This document shows, piece by piece, positions 45,881 through 58,060 of a stretch of 64,000 nucleotides of DNA. A program made the position numbers and the translations under genes. This stretch comes from Methylocystis sp. (GTDB taxonomy: Bacteria; Pseudomonadota; Alphaproteobacteria; Rhizobiales; Beijerinckiaceae), in assembly GCA_024506175.1 (NCBI GenBank), contig JAMBEQ010000021.1, forward strand, positions 8,538 to 72,537. The letters run 5' to 3'. The notes below the pieces were generated by a model, which saw nothing but the letters and a program-made list of their open reading frames with translations, ran no database searches and had not been told where the DNA came from. Position 1 is the stretch's first letter, and each line of letters opens with the position of its first letter.

Positions 45881-48676
45881 ATGCAGCTCGACGCAGAGGG
45901 CAGGGAAGGACCGGCAAAGGTCCCGGCCGGGCCGGAAGGCAAGTCCGAACAGCCGCTGAGCGAGGATATCCGCCTCCTCGGGCGCCTGCTCGGCGACGCC
46001 GTGCGCGAGCACGAGGGCGTCGAGGCTTTCGAGCGCATCGAAACCATTCGCCGCCTGTCCGTCGCGGCCACCCGCAACAAGGACGAGGACGCCGCCGCAA
46101 AGCTCGACGCGCTATTGCGCTCGCTGACCGCCAAGGAGGCGACGGCGGTCATCCGCGCCTTCAGCTATTTCTCCCACCTCGCGAACATCGCCGAGGATTT
46201 GCATCCGCTGAAAGAGCGCGCCCGCGCGCTCGGGGACGGCAAGACGCTCGACGAGCCGAGCCTCGCGCGCTCCTTCACGCATCTGCGCAAGGCGGCGGTC
46301 GGCCCCGGCAAGATCGCCTCGGCCCTCTCGCGCGGCTGGATTTCGCCCGTCCTTACCGCCCATCCGACCGAGGTGCGGCGCAAGAGCCTGCTCGACACCG
46401 AGCGCGCGATCTTCACCCTGCTGTCCGAGCGGGAGCATTTGAAAGGAAAGGCCGAGCGCGCACAGAACGAGATGCAGCTGCGCGCCCGCGTGGCCCAGCT
46501 GTGGCAGACCGAGCTGTTGCGAGAAGCGCGCCTGACCGTGCGCGACGAGATCGAGAACACGCTGTCCTATTATCGCTCGACCTTTCTGCGCGAGATCCCA
46601 AAGCTCTACGCCGAGATCGAATCGAAGCTCGACGGCCTACGCGTGCCGCCCTTCCTGCGCACGGGCGCCTGGGTCGGCGGCGACCGCGACGGCAATCCCA
46701 ACGTCACGGCCGAGTCGCTCTCGACAGCCCTGCGCATGCAATGCGAGACGGCATTGCGCTTCTATCTCATCGAGGTGCACGAGCTCGGGGCGGAGCTGTC
46801 CATCTCGCGGCGCTACGGCGGCGCCACCAAGGCGCTCGAAGATCTCGCCGCGCGGTCGGGCGACGACAACCCGCATCGCGACAACGAGCCTTACCGCCGC
46901 GCCCTGATCGGCGTCTATTCGCGCCTCGCCGGCACGCTCGAAAAGCTCACCGGCCACCAGGCCACGCGCCACGCTTTGGCGCCGGGAGAGCCCTATGCGA
47001 ACAGCTGGGCGCTTCTCGCCGATCTCGTGACGATCGATGAGTCGCTGCGCATCCATCACAGCGAGGTCATCGCCTCTCAGCGGCTGGAGCCGCTCATTCG
47101 CGCAGTCGAGGTCTTCGGCTTTCATCTCGCCACGCTCGATTTGCGCCAAAGCTCCGACCGCCATGAAGAGACAATCGCCGAACTTCTCGCCGCCGCGCGC
47201 GTCACGGCGGCTTATGCCGGGCTCACGGCAGTCGAGAAGCAGCAGCTTCTCATGCGGCTCCTCTCAGATCCGCGCCCCGTGCGCTTGCCTGATAGAGCGT
47301 ATAGCGATCGCACGATGAGGGAGCTCGAGATTTTCGAGCGCGCCGTGGAGATGCGCCGCCTTTACGGGGATGAGGCGATACGTCACTACATCGTCAGCCA
47401 TACGGAGACGGTTAGCGACCTTCTGGAAGTGCTGCTGCTGCAGAAAGAGTGCGGCTTGATGCGCGGCACGCTCGACCCACGCGACGCGGAGGCGGTCGCC
47501 GCTGATCTCATCATCGCGCCGCTCTTCGAGACCATCGGCGACCTTCGCAACGCGGCGCCGATCATGCGCGACTTCTATGCATTGCCCGGCATTCAGCGCC
47601 TCATCGTCAATTCCGGCGCGCAGCAGGATATCATGCTGGGCTATTCGGATTCGAACAAAGACGGCGGCATTCTCACGAGCATATGGGAGCTCTATCGCGC
47701 TTCGACCGCGCTCGCGGAGTTCTTCGCGTCCATGCCCAATATCGTCATGCGCCTGTTCCATGGGCGCGGCGGCACGGTGGGACGTGGCGGCGGTCCGAGC
47801 TACGACGCGATCCTCGCCCAGCCGCCGGGCACGGTGAACGGTCAGATCCGTCTCACCGAACAGGGTGAGGTAATCGCCGCGAAATACGCCAATCCCCAGA
47901 TCGGCCATCTCAATCTGGAGCTGCTGGTCGCCGCGACGCTGGAGGCGACGCTACTCTCCCAGCATAAGGCCCCGGCGCCGGAATTCCCGGAGATCGCAGA
48001 AGAGCTGTCGCGCTCGGGCATGGCCGCATACCGTGGGCTCGTCTACGAGACCCCGGGGTTCGTAGACTATTTCTTTGCGTCGACGCCCATCACCGAGATC
48101 GCCTCGCTCAACATCGGCTCGCGCCCGGCCTCCCGCAAGCCCTCGCGCAAGATCGAGGATTTGCGCGCCATCCCCTGGAGCTTCTCCTGGGCGCAGGCGC
48201 GCGTGGCTTTGCCGGGCTGGTATGGATTCGGCTCGGCCATCGCGGGCTATCTAAGTCAGGATCACAAAGAACGCCTCGAGCTGTTGCGGCGCATGGCGGC
48301 GGAATGGCCTTTCTTCCGTTCGCTGCTCTCCAACATCGACATGATCTTGTCGAAAACGGACCTCGAGATTGCGCGCCATTACGCCGAGCTCGTCGAGGAC
48401 CGAGCCCTGGCCAAGCGTATTTTCTCGATGATCGAGGCGGAGCACGCGCGTTCGGTGGATGCGCTGACGGAGATCTTGGGCACGTCAGAGCGGCTCGCCG
48501 ACAATCCGACGCTGGCGCGCGCGATTCGGCAGCGCTTCCCCTATATCGTCCCGCTCAACTATCTGCAGGTCGAATTGATCCGCCGTCACCGCGCCGGAAT
48601 GACGGACAACGAGATTCGCGAGGGCATCCTAATGTCGATCAACGGCGTCTCGGCGGGCTTGCGCAATACCGGGTGA
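45881..48676 (+). CDS. ppc: Phosphoenolpyruvate carboxylase
   Basis: [55 protein letters not shown]. Confidence 0.99.
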   Translation: MQLDAEGREGPAKVPAGPEGKSEQPLSEDIRLLGRLLGDAVREHEGVEAFERIETIRRLSVAATRNKDEDAAAKLDALLRSLTAKEATAVIRAFSYFSHLANIAEDLHPLKERARALGDGKTLDEPSLARSFTHLRKAAVGPGKIASALSRGWISPVLTAHPTEVRRKSLLDTERAIFTLLSEREHLKGKAERAQNEMQLRARVAQLWQTELLREARLTVRDEIENTLSYYRSTFLREIPKLYAEIESKLDGLRVPPFLRTGAWVGGDRDGNPNVTAESLSTALRMQCETALRFYLIEVHELGAELSISRRYGGATKALEDLAARSGDDNPHRDNEPYRRALIGVYSRLAGTLEKLTGHQATRHALAPGEPYANSWALLADLVTIDESLRIHHSEVIASQRLEPLIRAVEVFGFHLATLDLRQSSDRHEETIAELLAAARVTAAYAGLTAVEKQQLLMRLLSDPRPVRLPDRAYSDRTMRELEIFERAVEMRRLYGDEAIRHYIVSHTETVSDLLEVLLLQKECGLMRGTLDPRDAEAVAADLIIAPLFETIGDLRNAAPIMRDFYALPGIQRLIVNSGAQQDIMLGYSDSNKDGGILTSIWELYRASTALAEFFASMPNIVMRLFHGRGGTVGRGGGPSYDAILAQPPGTVNGQIRLTEQGEVIAAKYANPQIGHLNLELLVAATLEATLLSQHKAPAPEFPEIAEELSRSGMAAYRGLVYETPGFVDYFFASTPITEIASLNIGSRPASRKPSRKIEDLRAIPWSFSWAQARVALPGWYGFGSAIAGYLSQDHKERLELLRRMAAEWPFFRSLLSNIDMILSKTDLEIARHYAELVEDRALAKRIFSMIEAEHARSVDALTEILGTSERLADNPTLARAIRQRFPYIVPLNYLQVELIRRHRAGMTDNEIREGILMSINGVSAGLRNTG

Positions 48677-48732
48677 GCGTAGTCGACGCGTGGACCGCGA
48701 GAGCCTGCAGACTCGCGGTCCGGCGCCCCCGT

Positions 48733-50547
48733 TCAGATAAAAGGCGCGCCCGCCTGATGCGTCTCATTGATTCCAGGTCGCTTTTCCGCCTGGCCGTAAA
48801 GCGCGCCCTGAAAATAATGCACGCCCCACTCCCGCAGGATGCGCGCGGTCGCTTCGTCCTCGACCCATTCGGCGACGACCTCTAGCGAGAGATGGCGCGC
48901 GAGATCGATGAGGGTGCGCACGAAAAAGCGGTCGTCTGCGGAATTCGAGATATTCTGGATGAGGGCGCCGTCGATCTTCACGACGTCGAAGTCGAGCGCC
49001 CGCAGATTTCGAAACGATGTATGGCCTGCGCCGAAATCGTCCATCGCCACCTTCACCCCGAGCCGCTTGCAGGTGGAGATGAGATTTTTCGTCGTGTCGA
49101 AATCCTCGATCAAGCTCGTTTCGGTGATCTCGACGATCAGCCTTTCGGATACAGAGGGGTTCATGGCCACCGCCGTGGCCAGCCGGTCCGGCCATTCCGG
49201 ATCGAGCACAGTATTGATCGAGCAATTCACGGAAACCCGCAAATCGGGCTCTGCGCCAAGGCGCTCCAAAGCAAGCTCCATTACGCGCTGATCGAGCAGG
49301 CGCACGAGCCCCGCCTTCTCGGCGACGGGCAGCAGCGAAGCTGGCGAGACCGCGGCGCCGTCCGCCAGGCGCACGCGCAGCAGCGCCTCATGGAAGGCGA
49401 TCTTGCCGGTCGCGGCATGGACGATTGGCTGAAAGGCGAGATCGACACGGCGGTCGTTCAGCGCCGAAACGATGCTGTCGGCCACTTGCAGGGCCCGCAA
49501 TCGCGCATCCTCGCGGGCGAGGGAGGCGGTGTAGGCGATGCAACGCTTACCGTTGTTCTGGCGTGCGACGTCGAGCGCTTCCTCGGCGTGCTGGAAGAGA
49601 ACGCTCGGAACCCGGCCCTCGCGCGGTCCAATCACGACGCCGATTCGGATCGTCGCGGGAATGGAGCCAACCTTCGTCTCAAAAGGCGTAGTCTTTACGA
49701 GGTCAATCAGACGCTGGGCTGCGGCGATCGTCTCCTCTGCATCGCAGCTTTCGAGGACCAAAGCGAATTTATTGCCCGCATGACGCCCGACGACGTCGCA
49801 GGCGCGCACGTTTTCCCGTAGCCGCCCGGCGAGGCTTGCGAGCACTTCGTCGCCAGCGTCATAGCCATAAGTGCGGTTGAGCGCGAAAAGGTTCTCGAGC
49901 GCGATGAGCAGCACCGCGAACGGCTTACGGGTGCGCTCAGCCTCTTTCAGGAAGCGGGCGACCTGCTCGCCGAGTTGGGCTCGATTGATAACGCCGGTCA
50001 GTGGATCGATCTGCGAGCCGAGTGCGAGCTGGCGCTCCATCTCATGGCGTTCGGTGACAATGCGCAAGACGCCATGGGCGCGGGCGGGCTTTCCATCAGG
50101 TCCCGCAAACCAGCGGCCCGTATCCTCGAACCAGACGATCGGCGTCTGACCGAGATCGCGCGGCTGAACGAGCGCGTAGACGACCTGGTAGGGAACGCCG
50201 TCGCCCTCATCGATGCCGCTTGACCGCATGATGGCGTCGTAGCGCGAGGTCCCGCTCTCGCGAGAGATGCGCTCGCCATAGGCGAGGCCGGTATCGAGGC
50301 CGTCGCTGGAGATCGGTCCGAGAACAGCAGCGAGATTAGGGCCCCAGACCAGCCGGTCGGTGCCCAAGTCCCAATCGTAAACCACTTCGCCAATCGAGGC
50401 GAGAATGCGTCTTGGGTCAGGGCCGGCGGCGGACTCCGGGGCGAGCTGAGCGGCTTCCTGCGGCGCCGAGAGCGAGGCTCTGAGCGCGGGCGAATACACT
50501 CTCTCCGGCGCCTGCGAAACCCGATTGGCGATATGGCGCAGCTGCAT
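48733..50547 (-). CDS. PAS-like + degenerate GGDEF + EAL protein (probable c-di-GMP phosphodiesterase)
   Basis: DPLTG..NR, A-site reads AGNKF; EAL motifs FQPIV, HEALLR, EITE, MDDFGAGH, KIDG, AEWVE, YFQG. Confidence 0.92.
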   Translation of the reverse strand: MQLRHIANRVSQAPERVYSPALRASLSAPQEAAQLAPESAAGPDPRRILASIGEVVYDWDLGTDRLVWGPNLAAVLGPISSDGLDTGLAYGERISRESGTSRYDAIMRSSGIDEGDGVPYQVVYALVQPRDLGQTPIVWFEDTGRWFAGPDGKPARAHGVLRIVTERHEMERQLALGSQIDPLTGVINRAQLGEQVARFLKEAERTRKPFAVLLIALENLFALNRTYGYDAGDEVLASLAGRLRENVRACDVVGRHAGNKFALVLESCDAEETIAAAQRLIDLVKTTPFETKVGSIPATIRIGVVIGPREGRVPSVLFQHAEEALDVARQNNGKRCIAYTASLAREDARLRALQVADSIVSALNDRRVDLAFQPIVHAATGKIAFHEALLRVRLADGAAVSPASLLPVAEKAGLVRLLDQRVMELALERLGAEPDLRVSVNCSINTVLDPEWPDRLATAVAMNPSVSERLIVEITETSLIEDFDTTKNLISTCKRLGVKVAMDDFGAGHTSFRNLRALDFDVVKIDGALIQNISNSADDRFFVRTLIDLARHLSLEVVAEWVEDEATARILREWGVHYFQGALYGQAEKRPGINETHQAGAPFI

Positions 50548-50870
50548 CCTGACTTGACCTTCAGCGCTGTCTTGGGAACCCTACTCTCGCGGTCAAACGT
50601 AAACGCAGCGTTGCAATCTTGTTACGTTAAGGTTCATTCCGCAAAAGTTTGAGGGCTTCTGGAAGAAGAATGCGCTCCAAATTCCTAATTCCGCTCGCAT
50701 GATTCCATGCGAGCGGAAAGCGCGCTATGGGACTTTCCCCCGCAAGTTGCACAGGCGCTGCGCGCAGGGCTGATTATGCGGCAAGGAACTCGGCCATTTG
50801 GCGTCTCTGGACGGCGTGGCCGCTGGCGTGCGAATGACTCCGCCAGAGAAAAAATCGTGGAGAGAAGCCC

Positions 50871-51206
50871 ATGACCGCCGCCGCCTTCAACGACATCGCG
50901 CTCGACGAGCTCAAGGCCGGCCTCGCCGACGGTTCGATCCTGCTCGTCGACGTCCGGGAGGCGGACGAATATTCCGCCGGCCATATCAAGGGAGCGCTGT
51001 TCAACCCGCTCTCGCGCTTCGATCCCTCCAAGCTCCCGGTCGCCGGCGAGGGGCGGAAGGTTGTGATTTACTGCCGCTCGGGGCGTCGTTCGGTTTCCGC
51101 CATGGAGCAGGCCCGGCTCGCCGGGCGGCGCGACTGCAACACCCATTTCGGCGGCGGCATCCTCGCCTGGCTCAACGCCGGCGAGCCCGTCGAGGAGGGG
51201 ATCTAG
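50871..51206 (+). CDS. Rhodanese-like protein
   Basis: LVDVRE..EY..GHI.GA, YCRSGRRS, GGILAW. Confidence 0.93.
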   Translation: MTAAAFNDIALDELKAGLADGSILLVDVREADEYSAGHIKGALFNPLSRFDPSKLPVAGEGRKVVIYCRSGRRSVSAMEQARLAGRRDCNTHFGGGILAWLNAGEPVEEGI

Positions 51207-52178
51207 TCACCCCCAAAGCGCCGGAGGCGGCGGAATGATCGTCGACCCCTCGTAGACGAGGCCCGGCTCCCGGTCCTTGGCGAGCAGCAGCGGCCCGTCG
51301 AGATCGACGAAGGCCGCCATCTGCCCGATCAGCATGGCCGGGGCCATCGCGAGGGAGGTGCCTACCATGCAGCCCGCCATGATCTCGAAGCCCATTTTGC
51401 GGGCGGCGTCAGCCATCAGAAGCGCCTCGGTCAGACCGCCGGTCTTGTCGAGCTTAATGTTGACAGCGTCGTAACGGCCGAGCAGCGCATCGAGCGACGC
51501 CGTCTCGTGGGCGCTTTCGTCGGCGCAGATCGGAAGCGGGCGGGCGATTGCGGCGAGCATTTCATCCTCGCCGGCTGGCAGGGGCTGTTCGACGAGCGCA
51601 ACATTGTGACGGGCGCAGGCGTCGAGCAGCGCCACGAGGTTATGCTCCCCCCAGGCTTCATTGGCGTCCACGATCAGCGTCGCATGCGGCGCCCCTTCGC
51701 GGACGGCGGCGAGCCGCGCCTCGTCGCCTTCCCCGGCAAGCTTAATCTTGAGCAGCGGCCGGTGGGCCGCCTCTAGGGCCGCCGCGCGCATCTCTTCAGG
51801 CGTCCCAACCGACAGCGTATAGGCGGTGACAAGCGGCGCAAGGCGTTCGAAGCCCGCGATCGCATAGGCGCGCCTGGCCAAGCGCTTGGCCGCCAAATCC
51901 CACATGGCGCAATCGACCGCATTGCGCGCCGCGCCCGCCGGCAGCAACCGCTGCAAGGCTTGCCGATCGACGCCGGACTCGATCTCGCGGCGCACGCCCT
52001 CTATAGTCGCGATGACGCTCTCGACGCTTTCGCCGTAGCGGGCGTAGGGCACGCATTCACCGCGTCCTGTGGCGCCGCCCGCGCGCAAGGTCGCCGTGAC
52101 GACCCGCGCCTCCGTCTTGGCGCCTCGGGAGATGACAAAGCGCCCGGCGATGGGAAAAGTTTCGACGGCAAGGGTCAT
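51207..52178 (-). CDS. Enolase-superfamily dipeptide epimerase / N-acetyl-D-Glu racemase (DgcA-like)
   Basis: GRGECVPYARYGES, GAARNAVDCAMWDL, KIKL, DANE, EQP, ADES, NIKLDKTGGLTEA, DLDGPLLLA.DR. Confidence 0.9.
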   Translation of the reverse strand: MTLAVETFPIAGRFVISRGAKTEARVVTATLRAGGATGRGECVPYARYGESVESVIATIEGVRREIESGVDRQALQRLLPAGAARNAVDCAMWDLAAKRLARRAYAIAGFERLAPLVTAYTLSVGTPEEMRAAALEAAHRPLLKIKLAGEGDEARLAAVREGAPHATLIVDANEAWGEHNLVALLDACARHNVALVEQPLPAGEDEMLAAIARPLPICADESAHETASLDALLGRYDAVNIKLDKTGGLTEALLMADAARKMGFEIMAGCMVGTSLAMAPAMLIGQMAAFVDLDGPLLLAKDREPGLVYEGSTIIPPPPALWG

Positions 52179-52323
52179 CTCGGTGCGCAAGGCGTGGCTC
52201 CGCTGGCATAGGCTCGCGATATGACGTGCGCTGGCGCGCTTGTCGAGCGCATGTCACAAAGCTAAGACGAATTGCAAGGCTGACGGAGCTTTCCGTCGAA
52301 TCGCTTGTCTTGAAAGAGGCTTC

Positions 52324-53466
52324 ATGGCTGCCGGCGCCGCCCAAGCTCTCCCGGACGTCTCACCCCTCGAAGGGGGCGCACGGCTGGCGCTCGCCGGCGA
52401 CTGGACCCTTGCGGCCTCGCGGCGGCTCGAGCAGAAGGCTCAGGAGATCGTGGACTTCGGCCGGCGCTCGACCTTTGTGACGATCGACCTCTCCGGCGTC
52501 TCGCGGCTCGACACCGCCGGCGCCTGGCTGATCAACAGATCCCGGCGGCTGCTCGCGGGGGCGAATGTCGCGGTCGTGATCGAACACGCCCGCCCCGAGC
52601 ACGATATCTTGCTCGAGGAGGCCGCCTATCGCGAGTTCCCGCCAAGAGCGCGCGGGCGCATTTCGATCGTCGCGGAGCTGCTCTCGGATATCGGCCGCGC
52701 GGTGGTCTCAAGCGCGAGGGAATTTTACCGCGGCGTCGCGTTTTTGGGCGAATTTGTCAGCGTGATGGCCTTTGTTGCGACGCATCCCAAGCATTTTCGC
52801 GGGACGTCGCTCGTCGCCCATATGGAGTTGGTCGGCTTGCGAAGCGCGCCGATCATCATCCTCATCAATCTCCTCGTTGGCTCGATCGTCGCCCAGCAGG
52901 GCATTTTCCAGCTCATGAGATTCGGCGCGACGAGCTATACAGTGAGCCTGATCGGCATCCTGGTGCTGCGCGAGCTCGGCGTTCTGCTCACCGCCATCAT
53001 GATCGCTGGTCGGTCGGGTTCCGCCATTACCGCCGAAATTGGCTCCATGAAGATGCGGGAGGAGGTCGACGCCTTGCGCGTCATGGGCCTGTCGGTCATA
53101 GAAGTGCTCGTTGCGCCGCGGGTGCTCGCGCTCGTCGCGTCGCTTCCGATCCTGACCTTCATCGCCGATATTGCGGCGCTTTTTGGCGGCATGCTGGTCT
53201 CGTGGGGCTATGGCGGCATCAGTCCGGTCGCCTTCACCTCGCTGCTCAGGGACGCCATCGGCCTCAATACATTCATGGTCGGAATCATCAAGGCGCCATT
53301 CATGGCGCTGGTCATCGGATTGATCGCAACAATGGATGGTCTGGCGACGCTGGGCTCGGCTGAATCGCTCGGTCGTCAGGTCACCTCTTCGGTCGTCAAG
53401 TCGATTTTCATGGTAATCGTGCTCGACGGGCTGTTCGCCGTCTTCTTTGCATCGATTCATTATTGA
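52324..53466 (+). CDS. mlaE: MlaE-type ABC permease with STAS-like N-terminus
   Basis: RELGVLLTAIMIAGRSGSAITAEIGSMKMREEVDAL. Confidence 0.95.
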   Translation: MAAGAAQALPDVSPLEGGARLALAGDWTLAASRRLEQKAQEIVDFGRRSTFVTIDLSGVSRLDTAGAWLINRSRRLLAGANVAVVIEHARPEHDILLEEAAYREFPPRARGRISIVAELLSDIGRAVVSSAREFYRGVAFLGEFVSVMAFVATHPKHFRGTSLVAHMELVGLRSAPIIILINLLVGSIVAQQGIFQLMRFGATSYTVSLIGILVLRELGVLLTAIMIAGRSGSAITAEIGSMKMREEVDALRVMGLSVIEVLVAPRVLALVASLPILTFIADIAALFGGMLVSWGYGGISPVAFTSLLRDAIGLNTFMVGIIKAPFMALVIGLIATMDGLATLGSAESLGRQVTSSVVKSIFMVIVLDGLFAVFFASIHY

Positions 53467-53477
53467 GCGTGGCCGCG

Positions 53478-54290
53478 ATGACCTTTTCCGAAAGAGACGG
53501 CTCGGGCGCGATTGGTCCGCATGGCGACGTGACCATCAGCGTTCGCGATCTCGTGGTCGGTTTCGGCGACAAGCTCGTGATGAAAGGCCTCGATCTCGAC
53601 GTCTATCGCGGAGAAGTTCTCGGCTTCGTTGGAGGGTCGGGGCAGGGGAAATCCGTCCTCACCCGCGCGATTTTAGGCCTCGTGCCGACACGCGGCGGCT
53701 CCATCCGCATCTTCGGCAAGAACCGCGACAGCCTGCCGCCGGCGGAGCGGCGGGCGCTCGAGCAGCGCTGGGGCGTTCTGTTCCAAAACGGCGCGCTGTT
53801 TTCCGGTCTGACCGTCAAGCAGAATATTCAGATGCCGATGCGTGAGACGCGGGACCTTTCGCCGCGGCTCATGGACGAGCTCGCCATGCTCAAAATCGAG
53901 CTCGTTGGATTGAAGCCGGACGCTGCGGACAAATTTCCGTCCGAATTATCCGGCGGCATGGTCAAGCGCGCAGCGCTGGCGCGTGCGCTGGCGCTCGACC
54001 CGGAGCTGGTTTTTCTCGACGAGCCGACCTCGGGGCTCGATCCGATTGGGGCGGCGGAATTCGACGAGCTGATCGCGACGCTGCAGAAAACGCTCGGACT
54101 GACGGTCTTCATGGTCACCCATGACCTCGACAGCCTTTACTCGATATGTGACCGCGTCGCAGCGCTCGCCGAGGGAAAAGTGATTGCGGCGGGCCCGCTC
54201 GAGACCTTGCTGCAATCGGATCACCCTTGGCTCAAGGCCTATTTCCACGGGGTTCGTGGCGGGCGGCTCGCCGCGACAATCCCCGATTGA
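53478..54290 (+). CDS. mlaF: MlaF-type ABC ATPase
   Basis: GGSGQGKS, FQNGALFSGLTV, ELSGGM.KRAALARALALDP, LDEPTSGLDP. Confidence 0.95.
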   Translation: MTFSERDGSGAIGPHGDVTISVRDLVVGFGDKLVMKGLDLDVYRGEVLGFVGGSGQGKSVLTRAILGLVPTRGGSIRIFGKNRDSLPPAERRALEQRWGVLFQNGALFSGLTVKQNIQMPMRETRDLSPRLMDELAMLKIELVGLKPDAADKFPSELSGGMVKRAALARALALDPELVFLDEPTSGLDPIGAAEFDELIATLQKTLGLTVFMVTHDLDSLYSICDRVAALAEGKVIAAGPLETLLQSDHPWLKAYFHGVRGGRLAATIPD

Positions 54291-54301
54291 GAGGACGAAG
54301 C

Positions 54302-55198
54302 ATGGAAACCCGCGCCAATTACGCCTTGATCGGCGCTTTCACCCTCGCGGCGATATTTGCGGCCTTCAGCTTCGTTTATTGGTTCTCCGGCCCGAGCCAG
54401 AGCGGCAGGCACGAAGTCTTTCAGATCGTGTTCTCAGGCTCGGTCTCCGGCCTCTCACGCGGCTCGTCGGTTCTCTTCAACGGCGTGAAGGTCGGCGAGG
54501 TGACCCATCTCGCGATCTCGGAAAAAGATCCCAGCAAGGTCGACGTGCTGGTGAAAATCGACGAGCATACGCCGGTGAAAGCCAATACCCGCGCGCGGCT
54601 GGACACGCGCGGCTTCACCGGCGTCGCCGACGTGCTGCTCGTGGGCGGCACGCCGGGAGCGCCCGATCTTATCGCGGAGGAGGGCCAGCGCTATCCGCAA
54701 ATTCAGGCGGAGCGCTCCGAGATCCAGAACCTCCTGGGCAATGTGCAGTCGCTTTCGACAAAGGCCGCGGAAGTGCTCGTGAAGCTCGACAAGCTGCTCG
54801 AGGACAACAAGGACACGATCAGCGGGACGTTGAAGAATGCGGAGAGCTTCACCAAGACGCTCGCCGATAATTCAGAGCAGATTTCCTCTCTCATCAAGGA
54901 CGCAGCCGAGGCCGCCCATTCGCTCAAACCGGTCGCCGCGCGGCTCGACCGCTTCCTTGCCGCGGGCGAGCAGACGATCAAGGCGATCGATCCCAGGCAA
55001 TTGAAGGCGATTACCGGCAATGTCGCCAGCGCCTCGACAAACATCAAAAAATTCTCCGCGACCGGCCTCAAGCAGTATGAGCAGCTCGCAGTCGACGCCC
55101 GCAAGGCCGTCGACTCGCTCGATCAGGCGATCAAATCCATCGAGCGCGACCCGTCACAATTCATCTGGGGTCCCTCGCAGACGACGCCCGCCCGTTGA
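54302..55198 (+). CDS. mlaD: MlaD/MCE-domain protein
   Basis: METRANY.LIGAF, GSVSGL..GS.V.FNGVKVGEV. Confidence 0.93.
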   Translation: METRANYALIGAFTLAAIFAAFSFVYWFSGPSQSGRHEVFQIVFSGSVSGLSRGSSVLFNGVKVGEVTHLAISEKDPSKVDVLVKIDEHTPVKANTRARLDTRGFTGVADVLLVGGTPGAPDLIAEEGQRYPQIQAERSEIQNLLGNVQSLSTKAAEVLVKLDKLLEDNKDTISGTLKNAESFTKTLADNSEQISSLIKDAAEAAHSLKPVAARLDRFLAAGEQTIKAIDPRQLKAITGNVASASTNIKKFSATGLKQYEQLAVDARKAVDSLDQAIKSIERDPSQFIWGPSQTTPAR

Positions 55199-55493
55199 GC
55201 AGCTTTGCCTCCGCTGTAGGACCGGGCTGAAAGTCGATGAAAGCTGTTATCATTCATTGTCGTCCGGGCAACGACGCTAGGCGATCGGCAACTTTTGCGG
55301 AACGCGCTCTAAGCGGCGTCAAAGGTAATGCGCTGCGGTCGTGTTGGGGGCTAGCGCGGCAAACGGGCCGGTGCTAATCGAACGCAGCTGAAAATATCAT
55401 CGTTCGGCCGGGCCGAATGACGGCAAGCGTTCGCGGCCGCAATTATTTTTGCGAGTCGAGCGCTGGCCGGGAGCAGGGGAAGAGACGGGCGCC

Positions 55494-55883
55494 ATGGTGA
55501 AGATGAGCTTCGACGACACAGCGACACGCTACGGCGCCGAGCCGGGGGGCGGCGCGCCTACCAAGGTCAAGATCACCTTCGTCGATTCCCACGGCCAGGG
55601 CCGCACGGTGGAGGGCGAGGTTGGCTCCACGGTGATGGAGACCGCCCGCCGCAGCGACATACCGGAGATTGCGGCCGAATGTGGCGGCGCCTGCGCCTGC
55701 GCGACCTGCCATGTCTATGTCGACGAGAAATGGGTCGAGAAAGTCGGTAAGCCCTCGCAGATGGAAGAGGACATGCTCGATTTCGCCTTTGACGTGAAGC
55801 CGAACTCGCGGCTTTGCTGCCAAATCACCGTGCGCCCTGAGCTCGACGGGCTGGTGGTGACGACCCCCGCCCAGCAGGGGTAA
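55494..55883 (+). CDS. 2Fe-2S ferredoxin (adrenodoxin/putidaredoxin type)
   Basis: AECGGACACATCHVYV, EEDMLDFA, SRLCCQI; start uncertain. Confidence 0.95.
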   Translation: MVKMSFDDTATRYGAEPGGGAPTKVKITFVDSHGQGRTVEGEVGSTVMETARRSDIPEIAAECGGACACATCHVYVDEKWVEKVGKPSQMEEDMLDFAFDVKPNSRLCCQITVRPELDGLVVTTPAQQG

Positions 55884-56262
55884 CGCCCGTCTGCAGGACC
55901 GCGAGCCTTCAGGCTCGCCATTGTGCGCGCGCCTGACGGCGCGCGGCCCATCTGCAGGCAACCGCTCGAAAGGCGGAGGGGCTTTGTAGGCGAGGCCGGA
56001 TGGCGCAAGGCGGCGCCAGCCACTCGTCGGATGACGGGATCGCCCTTGACCCGGCCGCGCTGAGCAGCGGTTTGCCTTTGCATCTTCCAACGAATGCTAT
56101 AGACGAACGCGAGCGGCGGCGGATGGTTCATCCGCCGGTCGGCTGGCCGCGTACGAAAATCCTCCCCGATTTCTTCGCCAGGCCGTTTCCGACCCTAGAG
56201 AGAGGGCAGCAGGCCCGTTCGCCGCACGACGCACGCGGCGATGCGCGCCGCCATTGACGTGA

Positions 56263-57324
<1,062 letters not shown>

Positions 57325-58002
57325 GTGAAGGCCGCAGTCCGGGCGCTGGACATCTCGGGCCTCGCGCCAGAGCAGTGGCCGGCGCTCGCGGCGATGCTCG
57401 ACGATAAGGAGCGCGCGCGGGCCGCGCGCTTTGCTTTTCAAGAAGACCGTCAGTCCTACATCGCCGCCCATGCGCTTGTGCGGGCGGAGCTTTCCCGGCG
57501 AGCCGACCGCGCGCCGCAGCAGTGGCGCTTCGCGGAGACGAAGCTGGGCAAGCCATTCCTCCTGGATCCGCCGCGCGATCTGCGTTTCAGCATCACCCAT
57601 ACGCGCGGCATGGTCGCGGTCGCGATCGCCGAAGGAGTCGAGATCGGCGTCGACGTCGAATCGGCCGACCGACGCGCGGAGAGCATGAAGCTCGCCGAGC
57701 GTTTCTTCGCGCCGGAAGAAGTTGCTCTGCTGCGCGCCGTCGAGGGTGAGGCGCGGCGCAATCTTTTCTTTGCGATCTGGACCTTGAAAGAAGCGGTGGT
57801 GAAGGCGACCGGGCTGGGGCTGTCGCAGGGACTCGATAGTTTCGCTGTGTCGCTCGATCCTCTGCGGGTGACGATGCGCGACGGGCCGACGCAGGCATGG
57901 AGCGCCGCGCATTGGCGGCTTGGGGCCTTTCATTTTGCCTTCGTGGCGCGAGGCGACGTCGAGGCAGAGTTCAGCGCTGTGGAAGCGGGGTTAACCCTTT
58001 AG
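57325..58002 (+). CDS. Sfp-type 4'-phosphopantetheinyl transferase
   Basis: GKP, FSITHT, IGVDVE, WTLKEAVVKATG.G; GTG directly after the reductase TAA. Confidence 0.92.
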   Translation: MKAAVRALDISGLAPEQWPALAAMLDDKERARAARFAFQEDRQSYIAAHALVRAELSRRADRAPQQWRFAETKLGKPFLLDPPRDLRFSITHTRGMVAVAIAEGVEIGVDVESADRRAESMKLAERFFAPEEVALLRAVEGEARRNLFFAIWTLKEAVVKATGLGLSQGLDSFAVSLDPLRVTMRDGPTQAWSAAHWRLGAFHFAFVARGDVEAEFSAVEAGLTL

Positions 58003-58060
58003 CGATAGACTCACGCCGTTGAGCCACTATTCCTTGCATACGCCGCAAAGGACCGACGCC

